From Streblomastix strix (lineage: Eukaryota), in assembly GCA_008636045.1 (NCBI GenBank), contig SNRW01000045.1, positions 1 to 35,802 on the forward strand: 35,802 nt of DNA. Reading direction: 5' to 3'. How positions within the stretch are numbered: position 1 is the first letter of the stretch; each line of letters starts with the position of its first letter. Below are positions 1 to 12,732 of this stretch, one piece after another. Under the pieces are notes generated by a model that was not told the DNA's origin, made no database searches, and saw only the letters and a list, made by a program, of their open reading frames with translations. The position numbers and the translations under genes were made by a program.

Positions 1-1
1 A

Positions 2-2062
2 TGTCATGAATGTGATAATCAAGTATGTAGTAACTGTTTCTTGAAGTGTGAGCTTTGTTAGAATGATTATTGCATTGATCATATAGGCTAAGAATCCAAA
101 TGCTATATTTGCTCGAATATGATTTGTAATAACTGCAAAACTAAATGTTAGATCTGCTAAAAGGACATATGCAAAAGTTGTGGTAAATAATGTAATAGAT
201 GTAAATATTATTTATGTTCATTATGTGTTGATGATGGCATATCTTGTTCTTATTGTGGATAAGTGACATGTAAGGTTTGCCGTGCAAAATGTCAGAAATG
301 TAATAAATTGATATGCAAAACATGCTTAGAAAAAGGAATATAATGTGAAGGATGCCAACGAAGTATTTGTTAAAAATGCATTAAAGAATGTGAAGCATGC
401 TAAAAGAAATGGTGCAGTGGGTGTGCAAGTTCTGGAGTTAGATGTTATAAATGCAGCAAAATGACATGCAGAACTTGTCATACTAACTGTCAGATGTGCA
501 ATAAGGACATTTGTACTGTTTGCTTAAGCAAAGGAATTAAATGTTCTGGATGTGATAAATTGATTTGTGAAAATTGTATAAGGAAATGTTAAGATTGTTA
601 ATAGAAGTGGTGTTCTGACCATGTAAGCATTGGAGAAAGTTGTTACTAATGCAAATAGATTATGTGTACACAATGCAAAACAAATTGTCAGATTTGCAAT
701 AAAGATATTTGCACATGATGCTTAAACTATGGAATTAAATGTGATGGATGCTAGAATTAGATCTGCCAAAAATGCATCAAGAATTGCGAAACTTGCTCAT
801 CGAGATGTTGTTCTAAATGTGTACTTACAGAATCTAAATGTCATTCATGTTAAAACATTATGTGTAAGATTTGCTTAAGATAATGTGAAAGATGTAATAA
901 AGATATTTGCAAAGGATGTTTATCAAAAGGAATTTAATGTGATGGATGTTAGAAATAGATCTGTCAAGAATGTATCAATAATTGTGAAGTATGTTCGAAG
1001 CTATGGTGCAAAGACTGTGTTAATTCTGAATCTAAATGCTACAAGTGTGATAAAATGACATGTAGAGATTGCCAAATTAAATGTTAGAAATGTGATAAGA
1101 ACTTTTGCAAAGGATGTTTGATTAAAGAAACTAAATGCTAAAAATGTGAATAGCAAGTTTATGGAAATTAAATTTAATAGAATGAAACTTCATTAGGAAT
1201 ATAATGTAAAGATTGTCTAGGAAATGAATCAAATTGCAATTCTTGCTAAAAGTTATTATGCTCTAAATGCCAAATCAGATGCTAGAAATGCGATAAGATA
1301 TTTTGCAATGATTGTTTATCCAAAGGAATAACATGCTCTTGTAATTTAAAAGTTTGTGAAGCATGCTTCAAACAATGCCATATTTGTTAGAAGAGATAGT
1401 GCAATAATTGCAACAATAATTGGATTGAATGCAAGATTTGTAAGAAATGGACATGCAAAGATTGCTTCAAGAAATGTCCTAAATGCAATGAGAATGTTTG
1501 TAAATATTGTCTTTCTAGTGGTGCAATGTGTGCAACATGCAACTAATAAGTGTGTATTGGATGCTCAAAATAATGCAATGCTTGTTCATAGAAGTGGTGT
1601 TCAGATCATGCAAACACTGGATAAACTTGTATCATTTGTACCAAATTGACTTGTTCATGTTGTATGACAAAATGCCCAAAGTGTAATAAGATCATCTGTG
1701 AAGGATGCTTAGGTAAATAAGACAAATGTAAATTCTGTAATTTGCATCTCTGTCCAGAATGTGTTAGAATTTGTCCCGCATGCAATGAGAAATCATGCAA
1801 TGATCACTATTTAAGTTCAAAGATAAATTGTAACCAATGTGGGAAAATGACTTGTAAAAGCTGCAATACAAAATGCAGTTAATGTCCATAGGATTTCTGC
1901 ACGAATTGTTTATCCAAGTGTTGTAAATGCAATAATATGATATGTGAGTCAAATAGAATTCGATGCTATAGATGCGGTGGATATTTGTGCGATAGACCTA
2001 ATTGTTGGTAATATTCTTATGCTTATAATCGTATTTGCAGAGGTGGATGCCCTCCCAGATGA
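2..2062 (+). CDS. Host cysteine-rich CxxC-repeat protein, 5'-truncated by the window edge
   Basis: Frame 2 with TAA/TAG=Q reads CHECDNQVCSNCFLKCELCQNDYC... through ~685 codons of tandem CxxC-x3-CxxC units to TGA at 2060-2062. One in-frame TGA at 716-718, where some sibling repeats have GGA. Confidence 0.8.
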
Positions 2063-2794
2063 AACCGAGTTCGGTTGCATCAAATATCAATATTTTCATA
2101 AAAACAATAAATAGTATTATGTATTAAAAATATATAATTGTGTTTAATTTTTTTTTAACTGTTTTAGAAAGTTCAATCGTTTTTTTGCTTCTTTTCAAAT
2201 ATAAGATAGTTGAGAATAAAATCAAATGTTGATTAATTAATAATTACCATAATTATCTCAACAATCCGTAATTATTTGAGAAAAATTGTTTTGGATTGTT
2301 TTAACTCACATTCTACAACTGTAACTATTTTCTTTTATTTAATCATTGATTGTAAATATTCCGCTAATATTTTTTTAATAAATTTTTATTCTAATAATAA
2401 GTCATTTGGCTAGTTTTCATGATTCCTATAATTTTACTTTTTAGTTTTTCACAAATTCACCCTTTTTCAAAAATATCGTTTCAAAATTTTAATTACATTT
2501 TCCTATGGCAAACGCTTATAATAAGAATTAATTAATTGAAGATGGTCTACTTTTTGGAGTTGATTTACGTTATTATACCAACAAAGTTGGGAGATGGGAT
2601 TTAAATGCTTTATTGGATGAATATTAAATAAGAAAACCACATGGTTATTCAACAGATTTGAAAAAACCGAGTAAAAGCGGCTGTAAAATAGCGTAAGGAA
2701 GCAAAACAACAACGGGATTAACTTCTGTAAAAATAAAGTTTGGAGGATGAGCAAAATTTAGAACGCGTAACGTCGTCGGCACGAAGAGGAGACA

Positions 2795-3133
2795 CGTGAA
2801 AATTTTGAGAATTTTCGCCAATTTGTTTAACGTAATGATTTTGATAATTTACAGTAACAACGGGAATTACCGGAATACAAAGATGAATATTAGCGAAGAA
2901 TATAAGCGGAGGAGGCTCGTGAGAATTTTGAAAATTTATGTTAGTTTGTTCAACGAAATGATTTTGATAATTTGCAGCTACAAAGGGAATTACAAGAATA
3001 TAAAGAAGAATTTTAGCTGAATGAGCGAGAAGCTGATTATAGGAATAATTTTGATAATTTACGCTAATTTCTTTAACACGATGATTACCATAATCCTTAA
3101 TCTTAAAGAGAATTGTAAGAATTTAAAGAAGAA
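2795..3133 (+). repeat. Three tandem 123-bp (41-aa) coding repeats in the N-terminal part of pPolB
   Basis: Units start at 2795, 2918 and 3041: RENFENFRQFVQRNDFDNLQQQREL / RENFENLCQFVQRNDFDNLQLQREL / RNNFDNLRQFLQHDDYHNPQSQREL. The third unit is incomplete. Confidence 0.85.
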
Positions 3134-4141
3134 TAATTAAGAAATGAAAGATACCAACGGATAAACGATGAATTTAACAATTTATCAGATCAGGAATTAC
3201 GTAAATTTAGATTACTTGATGAAGAGATTGCTGAAGAAATTCGAAAATTAGATTACAAAAATTTCAGAGAAATTAATTTTGAGGATGCTGATGCGCTGAT
3301 GTTAACAGAACCTTTTAAATAGGTATTGTTTTGAAGATAAGTTAAGAAATTTCGATAAAAATACCCGAAATTAACTGTAGAAAAAATGTATTCTAAAAAA
3401 GTAATCTGATAATTTTGAACCAACACACCATTACTATAATAATCATATTACAAGTTAAGAAGATTTGTAAATCATATTAGAAAAGTTGGTTAAATAGAAT
3501 TATAAATGAATAATTTTAAAATATCTTTTGATTGTGGTTATATTGTTGAGATAGTAAGATACGACGAAGATGGTATTCAAGAAGTATCATATGATATAAG
3601 ATATCAGTATAACAATATCTTAAATGCATTAAATCCGGAATCATTAATAGATTCGTAAGAAAAATTAGAGAAATTTATTTAATATCTTCTAGCTAAGATA
3701 ATCGAAAATTAAGTAAGAACTGTTGAAGATACTGTTACAAGGTTTGTTGCGATTGTATCAATGGTTGTTGTTGTATATCGTAACAGAGCTAGAGGTGCAG
3801 CACCAGCAGAGTTATAAAAATATATTTAAAGATAAGAAGTTAAGTTCGTTGATCATTAGAATTATAGAAATAACTGTTTGTTTGATGCATTATCATTTAT
3901 ATCATTACCGGATGAAACATTGAAACGAAAATCTAATTGTAGTAGAGTTGCTGAAGGTAAACATTTAATGAAATAATTTTATTCTGCAATTGGCAATGAA
4001 TAAATTAAGAATTTTACGGAGTTTTGTGATAATTATCAAGGATTTGATTTTGTTTCAGAAGGTAAAAAATCTTGCTAAAATATTTAATATTAATATTTGC
4101 GTTTATGCATATCATCACTTAGATTTTGAGGACGAAAAATA

Positions 4142-4372
4142 AGAGACTGCGCAAGCCCATCGCTAAATCGCAAGCGATTTTGATGATAAACCGAATCCTA
4201 TTCCTTAAATCAATTCAAAAGGCAACAGATCGCATCGTAAAAAAGATGATAGAATCAAAAATGAAACATATGATAATTATTTCCTAGATTTTGTAATTAA
4301 ACCGGTAAACAGCGATAAAGAAATGGATTTAGAGACTGCGCCAGCTCGTCGCAAAATCGCAAGCGATTTTGA
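4142..4372 (+). repeat. Two 42-bp GC-rich direct repeats, each ending in a palindrome, inside the OTU-like region of pPolB
   Basis: 4142-4183 and 4331-4372 match at 38/42 positions; both contain AAATCGC-AA-GCGATTT and translate as ETAxAxRxIASDF. Confidence 0.85.
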
Positions 4373-7300
4373 AACAACATCGGGAATTAAAGAACCAAAA
4401 GACTTTAACATATTACTTGTTCATTTCAGAAATAAGTTCCACGTTTTATATATTTCTGATACACTAGCATTAACTGGCTTAACATATTGTCCGATTTGTA
4501 AGTTACACGTAGTGAAACTAAACGATATCAGTGGTAATTAGTAACGAGATTTAAAAAGGCATATATTGAATTATGCAAATAAAACAATGATGAATTAGTT
4601 AAACCATCAGGAAATTAAATTCCTTTTGCGATACATATCACAAGAAATAAAACTTACGAATATTTCTGGTCTCGTTAAGAATTATAAAATTTTAAACCGA
4701 CGAATTATAATAGAACTTATGATTTTGAAACTATGGAAGAATAAATAAATAAATATTTTGGCAAGACAATCAATAAGGAAGACAATTCTGTCTGCAATTC
4801 AAATCAGAATTCTGCTTTAGTTCCATTATCAGTTGCATCAACATTTGAGTCAAAGAAAAGATTAAAATCAATATATTTTGAATTTAGATACAATGTTTAT
4901 TTAATACTCGAAACAAACAAATCCCGAAGGGATTCATTAGCGATGCTAATCGTTGCAGGTGAAAAAGTTATAATATAAAATTTTATCCAATAATGGCTTG
5001 AAGCATTATGTGAAGAAGCACATTAAATAAAATAAGATAATTTTTACGATGATCTGACGTTCCGTATGACATTGATGTTCCTATTTTAGGTTTTAACTCT
5101 GCACATTTAGACATGATTTTCGTATTACCATATTTGACAAGTTCTAAATGGCATATTACTAATTATCATGATGACTTCTCTCACATTAAACGAGTAGAAG
5201 TTCGCCATAAAATTACCGGTGTGAGAATTTAATTCTTAGACGCTGAATTGTTTGTAATAAAAATGAAATTTAAAGATTTTGTCAAAGATTTTGGCAAGAA
5301 ATCTAGGAAAAGAAGTGAAAATAAGGGGATATTTCCTTATACAGCATTCAACACAACAAACTATGAGGAAATTTTAAATTTAACTGAACCATTTGAATAA
5401 AAAGATTTTTTTAATGAGTTAACTCAACAAAATTTATCAAATTTTGATTATACTGATTATTTGCTGGATTAATTGATAATAATTGTTAACAAAAATGGTA
5501 AAGTTACTGATACCATTAAGAAATTTAATAATCGATGGGATTACTTATAATATTATAATGAACTTGACACATTAATCATGATAAAACCAATTGGCAACTT
5601 AATTAAAATGAATTTTAATAACGGTCTTGATATGTTTAATTACTTATCTATGGCAAGTTGCGCAAATAACACTAAATACATGATGTGTTGCAATGATTTA
5701 GGTCTTAACTCAAGGTATGTTAATAAAGATGATCAAACATTTATATAATTTACTCCATTTGAATTAACTTAAGAACATTGGAATAAAAAAGTTGCAAACT
5801 AAAACATATAAGATACAAAAGCAGGACGTTCGATAAGAGATAATGTTAAAGAAGATGACTTTGAATATTTTCGAGATAAGGTTTTTAAAGGTTAATGCTG
5901 GTTCTGTGAAGTAAGATTCACTAATAATAACCCTCCAACATTGGATAGAATAGATAATAGTCTTGGTCATAGTAAAAATAATGTATAATTAGCTTGTTAA
6001 TGGTGTAATGTTAAGAGAGGAAATAGAGATCCTTTCATAACTAAAGGATTAATATAATTGAAACGATATTATTTATCAAAAGGTTTACCAATGCCATTAA
6101 CAGATCAAGAAACATATCATAAATTAAGACCTAATATTACTGGTGGATTAGAAAATGCTTTTCATAGATACAATGTCAAAGATGAAACTCATATTAATAA
6201 ATTAAAATTCGAAGGATAATATGTTGTAAGTTATGATCTTGATTAAATTATGACATATGTTTGTGATTATGATTTTAATTCATTATATCCATCTGTTTTG
6301 AGCGGAATTCCTCATAATTTCATTAAATATACTGGTAAAAGGATTTATATGCCAGGTTATGAATTAGATAGAATAAATTGTGAAACCGAAAAATAGAAAG
6401 AATTAGGTTTGAAAATTATTAATAAATCATTAAGATTTTCCAATAAAAAATCAGATATTGATAGCGTAACTGTGTTCATTGCCGAAATCAAAGGTCATAT
6501 TGACTATAAATATATTAATGATTTTATTAATTGTCCACCAATAATTAGAAAATATAAATACAAGATTTTAGAATCTGTTATTGGAGATTTTATGCATTAA
6601 CATATGAAAAATAATGATTTGAAAACTGGTGGAGAGGAAAATAAATTAACAGTTTTATTATCTACAATGGGAAAATATATCTGCATCTATTCCTATTATC
6701 TCTGGTTACTTATTGATGATTGTCATTTTATAATTGATGATGTTAAATGTGTTTTGACATTCTCCAAACACATTGGTTTTGAATCATTCGTTAGGAAATT
6801 TATGTAATAACGTATTTATTCCAAGATTGAAGGAAATTCTGGAGATGAATAATTTAGTAAAATTACAATGAATTCATCTTATGGAAGTGATGGTATGAAT
6901 TAAGAACATTTCTCAGATATAATGTTATGCGATATACATGAAACATTCAGGAAACATCTCAGTTGTAGATTCAAAAGTGATCGTAAACTAGGAGATAACT
7001 TATATGCTGTTGAGTTTGAATAAAAAAAAATTAATTGTAAAACATGCTTGTATGTTGCATTTGCTGTGATAGATTGTGCAAAATATTGGTTTATGAACTT
7101 CTATTATAATTTCTTAACTCCTATGGTTGATATGAATCGAGTGCATCTTATATATTGTGATACAGATTCTATGATGTTAGCAGTTGCTGATGATCCAAAA
7201 TAAAATTATTAATAAGGATTCTCTGCTGTGATTAAGGATAAATAATTCAATGATAAAAATTTCTATAAGTTCTTCCCAAAATCTAAGTAAATAATAATTT

Positions 7301-7813
7301 AAGAAAATAAATGCTGCAAAGGTAAAATAAAAGAGTTGCAAATATATGATGACAAAAAACCATTGAGAGTTGCGTATGAACATTGTGGTTCAACTATTAT
7401 AGCATTAGAACCAAAGAATTATCGGTTATGATAAGAATTTGATACGAAAGATCCAGTAGTTATTAAACTTAAAGGAATGAGTTTAAAATTGAATCCATAA
7501 AATAATAAAGATGTTTATGAATACAATGTCAAAAAAAGGAAAGATAGTTAAAGGTAAGAATACTTCGATAAGATTACAATAAGAAAGAAATTCTGAAGAT
7601 GAAGTATTCAATAAGATGAGTAGAATTAATACTACTAAGAATGGAATAACTGGGATTCATACAAAAATGATTGTATTAGAAAATAAATGCTGTTGCCCAT
7701 ATATTGATGGAATAACTGCATATTAATATAAAATTTAATATAAGATGTTGATGCCACCGGAATGAAAATTAATAAAAAATATTTATAGTATTATTTTTGG
7801 AAATTAAAATTTT

Positions 7814-9212
7814 ATGGCTTAACGTAATTTACGCACTCGTAAGAGTAAATCTCCAGCATAAATTCTTGACGAATTACTCAAACGATTTGATAAAACAAAG
7901 AAATAAATAGAAATTGCAGAAGATTCTATGAAATTATCGATATTAACCTTTTTAAAATAACCTCGAAGATTGAATCTTACAGAATTTGTTGATGAAATTC
8001 AAATTCAAGATATTGACAATGAAATTCCTGTAATTATTAAAAAAATTGATAAGATTCAATTCGGTGGCAAGAATATTTAGGATTGATTTGATGATTATAT
8101 TGCAATGGAATTATTGAAAGGCAAGAAGAGATAAAATATCAGATTGCCAGCGGAAAAACCCTCCGAACAATTATACTCACGAAGTGATTAAGCCGCATAA
8201 GCGACATAAATATAATTTCCATTCAAATCCGAAATAAAAGTATATGAATAAGTTCATGGAATTAAATTGAAATAAGAATATAAAACATTTTCAATATCAA
8301 TTCCTGATTATTAAATTAATTAACTTCCTGAAAAATTTGGTAGACCGTATTTCTCTTATGAATTTGGTAGCTGGGAGATTGATGTTGTATTTTCTATGAA
8401 TCCTGAGTTAGTACTGATTAATTAAATTTATTTATTCTGTATCAACATCAATACCAAATATCTTGTTGTATATCCATTACATAGTAAATCTTAGGAAGAT
8501 ATTGAAAAATCATTGTAAAATTTGGTTTAAACCTAGAATGTTACGCATATCAGAGGAGATTGTGAAAAAGGATTTGCAAGTAATTAACTTATGTAATTCT
8601 ATAATAAGAATGACATTAAAACTTATTTTGTGAATGGTTCACGGGAACCAATTTCATTGGCAGAGGTGAGCTAACGCTCACGGCAACTAACAAATCATAA
8701 TCGCGTTATAGATTCTGTAATAAGAACTATTAGAAATGCTTTTAGATAAGATGACAGGCCATTTTCAAATCCAATGTTAATGTAATTAATGGTTGATCTT
8801 TACAATGATACTCCTCACAGTACATTTGATAATAAATTTAGTCCGAAATTAGTCAATAATTTAAAAGAATTTGAATGGATATTTCATAAGAAAGAATGAT
8901 AAGAAGCTTCGTGAAGTGAGATAAGATTAATAAAATTAAGGATTTACTAAATATAAACCAGGAAATATTTTAATGATTCATGTTGATTATTTACGTACAA
9001 TGCATCGATACATGAAATAAAGAAGAAATTTCAATGATCTAGCCAAATTTATTAAATAGGATAATGGAAATGTTGAATGATTATTATTAAAACCATTTAC
9101 GGATTTGGATAAGTTAACTGTACCGATATATTATACAAAATTTATCTGTGAAAATGAATAATAACAAGATTAACCATAATTTAAAAAATTTAAAGATAAA
9201 TTTTTAAATTGA
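7814..9212 (+). pseudogene. Retroviral-type (rve) integrase of the Polinton c-integrase kind
   Basis: ATG 7814; SWEIDVVF, YLFCININTKY, IRGDCEKGF (D at 8558), NRVIDSVIRTIR, YNDTPHST; C-terminal KYKPGNILMI. In-frame TGA at 8084 and 9078; frameshift near 8885; TGA 9210-9212. Confidence 0.88.
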
Positions 9213-9312
9213 TTTAATTATATTAAACTTATTCTTCTGTGAAAAATTTATTTTTGAAAAATTCCAAATATAAAATTGAAAAGGGATTGGTTTAATAAAT
9301 TGTACTTGAAAC

Positions 9313-9754
9313 ATTGGCGGCAGTTAATAAATACCTCAAATATAAATAAAACCTAAATTACCGAGCAATGCGGAGCATATAAGTTCGCAGACAGAGAAGA
9401 TCGTTGCAAAAACTTCTAAACAACGTGGAAGATAATTTAAATTTCAAACAAAAGAATAAGCTTAATAAGTTGCAAAATAATATAAAAAAATAATATGCAA
9501 TTAAATACGCAAAGTAAAAATAATATTTTAAATAAAATTAATCAGATTCCTAATAACTTCTCATAAAAAGATTGTAAAATATGATTATAACAGATTCCGC
9601 AGAAATCGATAAAATGCATGAAATAGTAAATTAATTTGATTCAATTTTAAATAAAAATGATGCTAAGCCTATTGAAGATGTCGAGTCTGCGCAAAGCTAC
9701 TCATTACATTCGCGCTCTAAAGAGTCGTAGCCGATGAAATCGGAAAAAATTTGA
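9313..9754 (+). pseudogene. Remnant of a small basic viral protein, possibly DNA-binding
   Basis: Code-6 reading gives KQRGRQFKFQTKEQAQQVAKQYKK, a frameshift in an A-run at ~9490, and TGA 9752-9754. Start codon not found. Confidence 0.4.
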
Positions 9755-9768
9755 AAATGAAATTCAAT

Positions 9769-10741
9769 TCATTTTTTTTAACGCGTTTCTTTTTCTTAAT
9801 GTTATATTATTTCTTTGAAGATTATAGTAATAAACTTGTTGGAATATAATTCTTTTTTGTTTTTTGGTTTCTTTTCCTCAGGTGTTATTTTTGTATTTTC
9901 TTTCTTGACAACTGCAGATATTGAACCATCTGCATTCATCCACCAACCAGTTTTTTGAGTTTTGAATTATTTTCTATTAAATAAATCATTTACTGGCCTT
10001 CTACCACAATCCAATGCTCCAACATCATAGATTTATGCAAGATTCTCCTATGAAACAAGTTCTTTTTCAATTGCTTATTATTGTTTTTCTATGAGTTTCT
10101 CCTGCATTAACTGCATAGTAGGCTGAATATCTTCTAATATTGAACTTTATCCACGATCTGATTAAGTTTGAATATCGTAAAAATCATCTATTCTTTAATT
10201 TTCCTTTTCTTTTTAATTATTCGAACCTGAATACTTAATCTCATTATTTATGTATTCTAAACTTAAAACTGGTGAAAAATGTCCTAAATATATAGATGGT
10301 TCAGCGAATTTAGCATTAGGATTATACGCATATCGTTATGAGTTCTTTATACATTTTTCTGTAACTAGTTTCCCTTCGTTATTTAACATCATTGCATTCT
10401 CAAGAAATTCTGATCTTAAATCTTCACCAAAGTATTAACTGTAGGATTATCTATTCATTGTTTTGCTAGTTTAACCTATTACTCCTACTAATACTTCATG
10501 TGGAGCAAATCCTGGATCAGTTGCACGAATTTTATCTACAATTCTTTATTTTTATATTTCACCCATATGTTTTTTTAAGTGTAATTCCTTAATTTTTCAA
10601 TATTTATGGAACTTTTGCGATTTAATTAAGATCAACATCTTCACCCTCAATAAATATAGTACCTCTTTATGTCATGTCTTCCTAATATGTATTAGGCATT
10701 GCATCAGCAGATATTGTTTGTTTTTTACCTTTCTTTGACAT
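9769..10741 (-). pseudogene. Viral hypothetical protein, ~320 aa
   Basis: ATG 10741 (MSKKGKKQTISADAMP); one frameshift in a homopolymer at ~10572, then open to TGA at 9771-9769. Confidence 0.7.
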
Positions 10742-10780
10742 TTTGCTTTAAATTAAATACAAAGTGAGTATAAAACAAAT

Positions 10781-10897
10781 ATGACTATGCGTTGGGATTT
10801 ATTAGTAGGTATTTCATCGTGCATATTACTCGTAGTACAGATCGCTAATCTATCTAAACCGACTTCGTCGGCTTGCGCTACGCGTAAACAAAAATGA
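10781..10897 (+). CDS. Putative 38-aa peptide with a hydrophobic N-terminal segment
   Basis: MTMRWDLLVGISSCILLVVQIANLSKPTSSACATRKQK*; divergent from the 10741 gene; its 3' part is encoded by a double hairpin. Confidence 0.35.
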   Translation: MTMRWDLLVGISSCILLVVQIANLSKPTSSACATRKQK

Positions 10898-10940
10898 GCA
10901 GAAAATGCGCAAAAAATTATTTTTCAAATAACTAAACCAA

Positions 10941-11165
10941 ATGCTAATTACTGTTGAAGAATTTCTTGTTTATTCCAATTTTTTAAGTTCATTGTTTTGT
11001 GTTGCAACAAAACCGGATCCATAAATTGAATTAAGATTTATCTTAAGACAATACAATAAACGACTTAAAATGGAATAACTCAAGGAAATCATTAAGATTG
11101 CATAAGAAACAAGTGGATAAGAGGCATCATTAAAATTGAAATAATTACTCAAATATAAAAAATGA
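10941..11165 (+). CDS. Viral hypothetical protein, 74 aa
   Basis: Uninterrupted code-6 ORF MLITVEEFLVYSNFLSSLFCVATKPDPQIELRFILRQY...LLKYKK*. Confidence 0.55.
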
Positions 11166-11206
11166 ATTAGGTTGCTTGCATATTTATTTTTGATTGTTGT
11201 TTAAAG

Positions 11207-12689
11207 ATGACGTAACTTGGTTTATAAATTATATGCTGTGACTCAGATACTGAATTCGTACTATGGAAAACTTCTGTTCCAAGTGGTTCTAACTCGTTTC
11301 AAGTGAATTCGCTAAATAATATGCCAATTAATCTTACTTATTACCTGAATCAAGATTATCTTGAAATATAACATAACATGAAATCAACTATTAATAAGAA
11401 ATACTATGAATAAATATCGAATTCAAATGGGACTTACAAATTAATTGGATTAACCGAAATTCCACTAATAAAAATAAATTTCAATATAACAATCAATAAT
11501 AGATTCACAAACGAATAGAATTATCAAGGATATTAATATGCACCATTAATAATGGCTATAACAACAGCGTAATAAGATGAATTCGTTGATACATAAGAGT
11601 AATACTTCAGAACTTCAAATACAAGTAATCGTGGTGCAATCTGTTTTAATAATGCTGTTAATGAACATTTTCAGAAATTTGCAGATAGAAAATTCTCATT
11701 GAACATTAATGATGGATAAGATATTGTATCTTCTGCAATTAACTACATAAATCTAAGAACAGTTTCGTTTCTTTATAGATATTTTATGCTAAGTGATGGT
11801 TGTTTCTATAGATTTATTGGTATAATTCGTTTGTATTGTCCTACATTCAATAATTTCATAACAACTATTGAACCATTCTTGACAACAGTATCAGTGCATT
11901 CCGTAAAAATAAGATATTTACATGGAAAATAATATAATATCAATGACACTTAAACTATTTTTGAATTAATTGCATTGCCGATGAATATTTAGGATACTTC
12001 TAAGTAATCAATCATAAACAGTTTCAATGCATTCCTAATAAGGATAATTTCATCATTCCTTGGTTAGAATTCTTATGACTGGGATATTATATACACTGCT
12101 GTTAATAGATTTTTGTATTATATTTAGTATATCCCAGATGTATTAACTTAGTTTTCATCTATGAATTAAGTTTCAAACGCATAATTGTTAATGTAACCTA
12201 AAAGAATTGTAGTATCACCTAGATTATTCATGTAAATTAACAGGTGAATTAGATTTGTATGACGGATTATATGAGAATGGTGCAAATTCTATTGTAAATA
12301 ATTCGTTATCGGTGAAATTCATTGATTTGGAAATTTGGTATTATAAATCTGAATTTAATAACTAGAGTTTTCTTGCTGATACTCTAATTTAATGTCCATT
12401 CATAGGAAATTTCGAGTAATATCCTCAGATGCTTATCATAACAATTTCAAATTAATTGTAGGGTATTACACTGTAAGGAATTGGTGGTTAAGGATTCTCC
12501 AACGTATGTTAAAAGTAAAATCTAATTGGTGCACCTGTATTATGGGGTTAGAATATGTTATCTTAGAAATGTAATATAGGATAAAATAAATCAGTTATAT
12601 TTACGTTGTATGATAATTATGGTAGAAAAATACCTAATTAATTTATGGATAAGTACAATAATTTATTGTTGGAAATACAAACTTAATGA
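11207..12689 (+). pseudogene. Putative minor capsid (penton-like) protein, ~490 aa
   Basis: ATG 11207; beta-rich composition; C-terminal VIFTLYDNYGRKIP (12594-12635) resembles the hxhxLxDxxGxxI motif of Polinton/virophage minor capsid proteins; one frameshift near 12240; TGA 12687-12689. Confidence 0.65.
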
Positions 12690-12732
12690 CTGCGCTCCCC
12701 GTCGCCAAACTTCGTTTGGGGGAAAATCAAAA

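Larger units (their letters stand above)
2505..7765 (+). pseudogene. polB: Protein-primed family B DNA polymerase (N-terminal region, OTU-like protease, exonuclease, inserted HNH-like domain, polymerase)
   Basis: ATG 2505; OTU-like NNCLFDAL (Cys 3875) and FHV (His 4440); ExoI TYDFET 4715-4732; ExoII GFNSAHLD ~5089; KGIFPY ~5323; ExoIII YNELD ~5554; motif A DFNSLYPS 6271-6294; motif B KITMNSSYG 6859-6885; motif C YCDTDS 7153-7170; PKNY ~7411; TGA 7763-7765. Frameshifts near 2660, 4065, 4570, 5053 and 7535; in-frame TGA at 3332, 3407 and 3416. Confidence 0.93.

Noticed and set aside
716..718. Selenocysteine codon
   Set aside because: It falls at a spacer position of CxxC rather than a Cys position, and no SECIS was recognised.
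141..1952. Standard-code ORFs 141-323, 1356-1649, 1606-1800 and 1764-1952
   Set aside because: Off-frame or antisense shadows of the Cys-rich gene read in code 6.
2200..2305. Short inverted repeats (GTTGAGA/TCTCAAC, AACAATCC/GGATTGTT) as the left TIR of the virus
   Set aside because: Short and AT-rich, and the right end is missing, so no TIR or TSD can be verified.
2795..3133. CRISPR-like reading of the 123-bp periodicity
   Set aside because: Whole units are degenerate coding repeats with no repeat/spacer structure; eukaryotic context and no cas genes.
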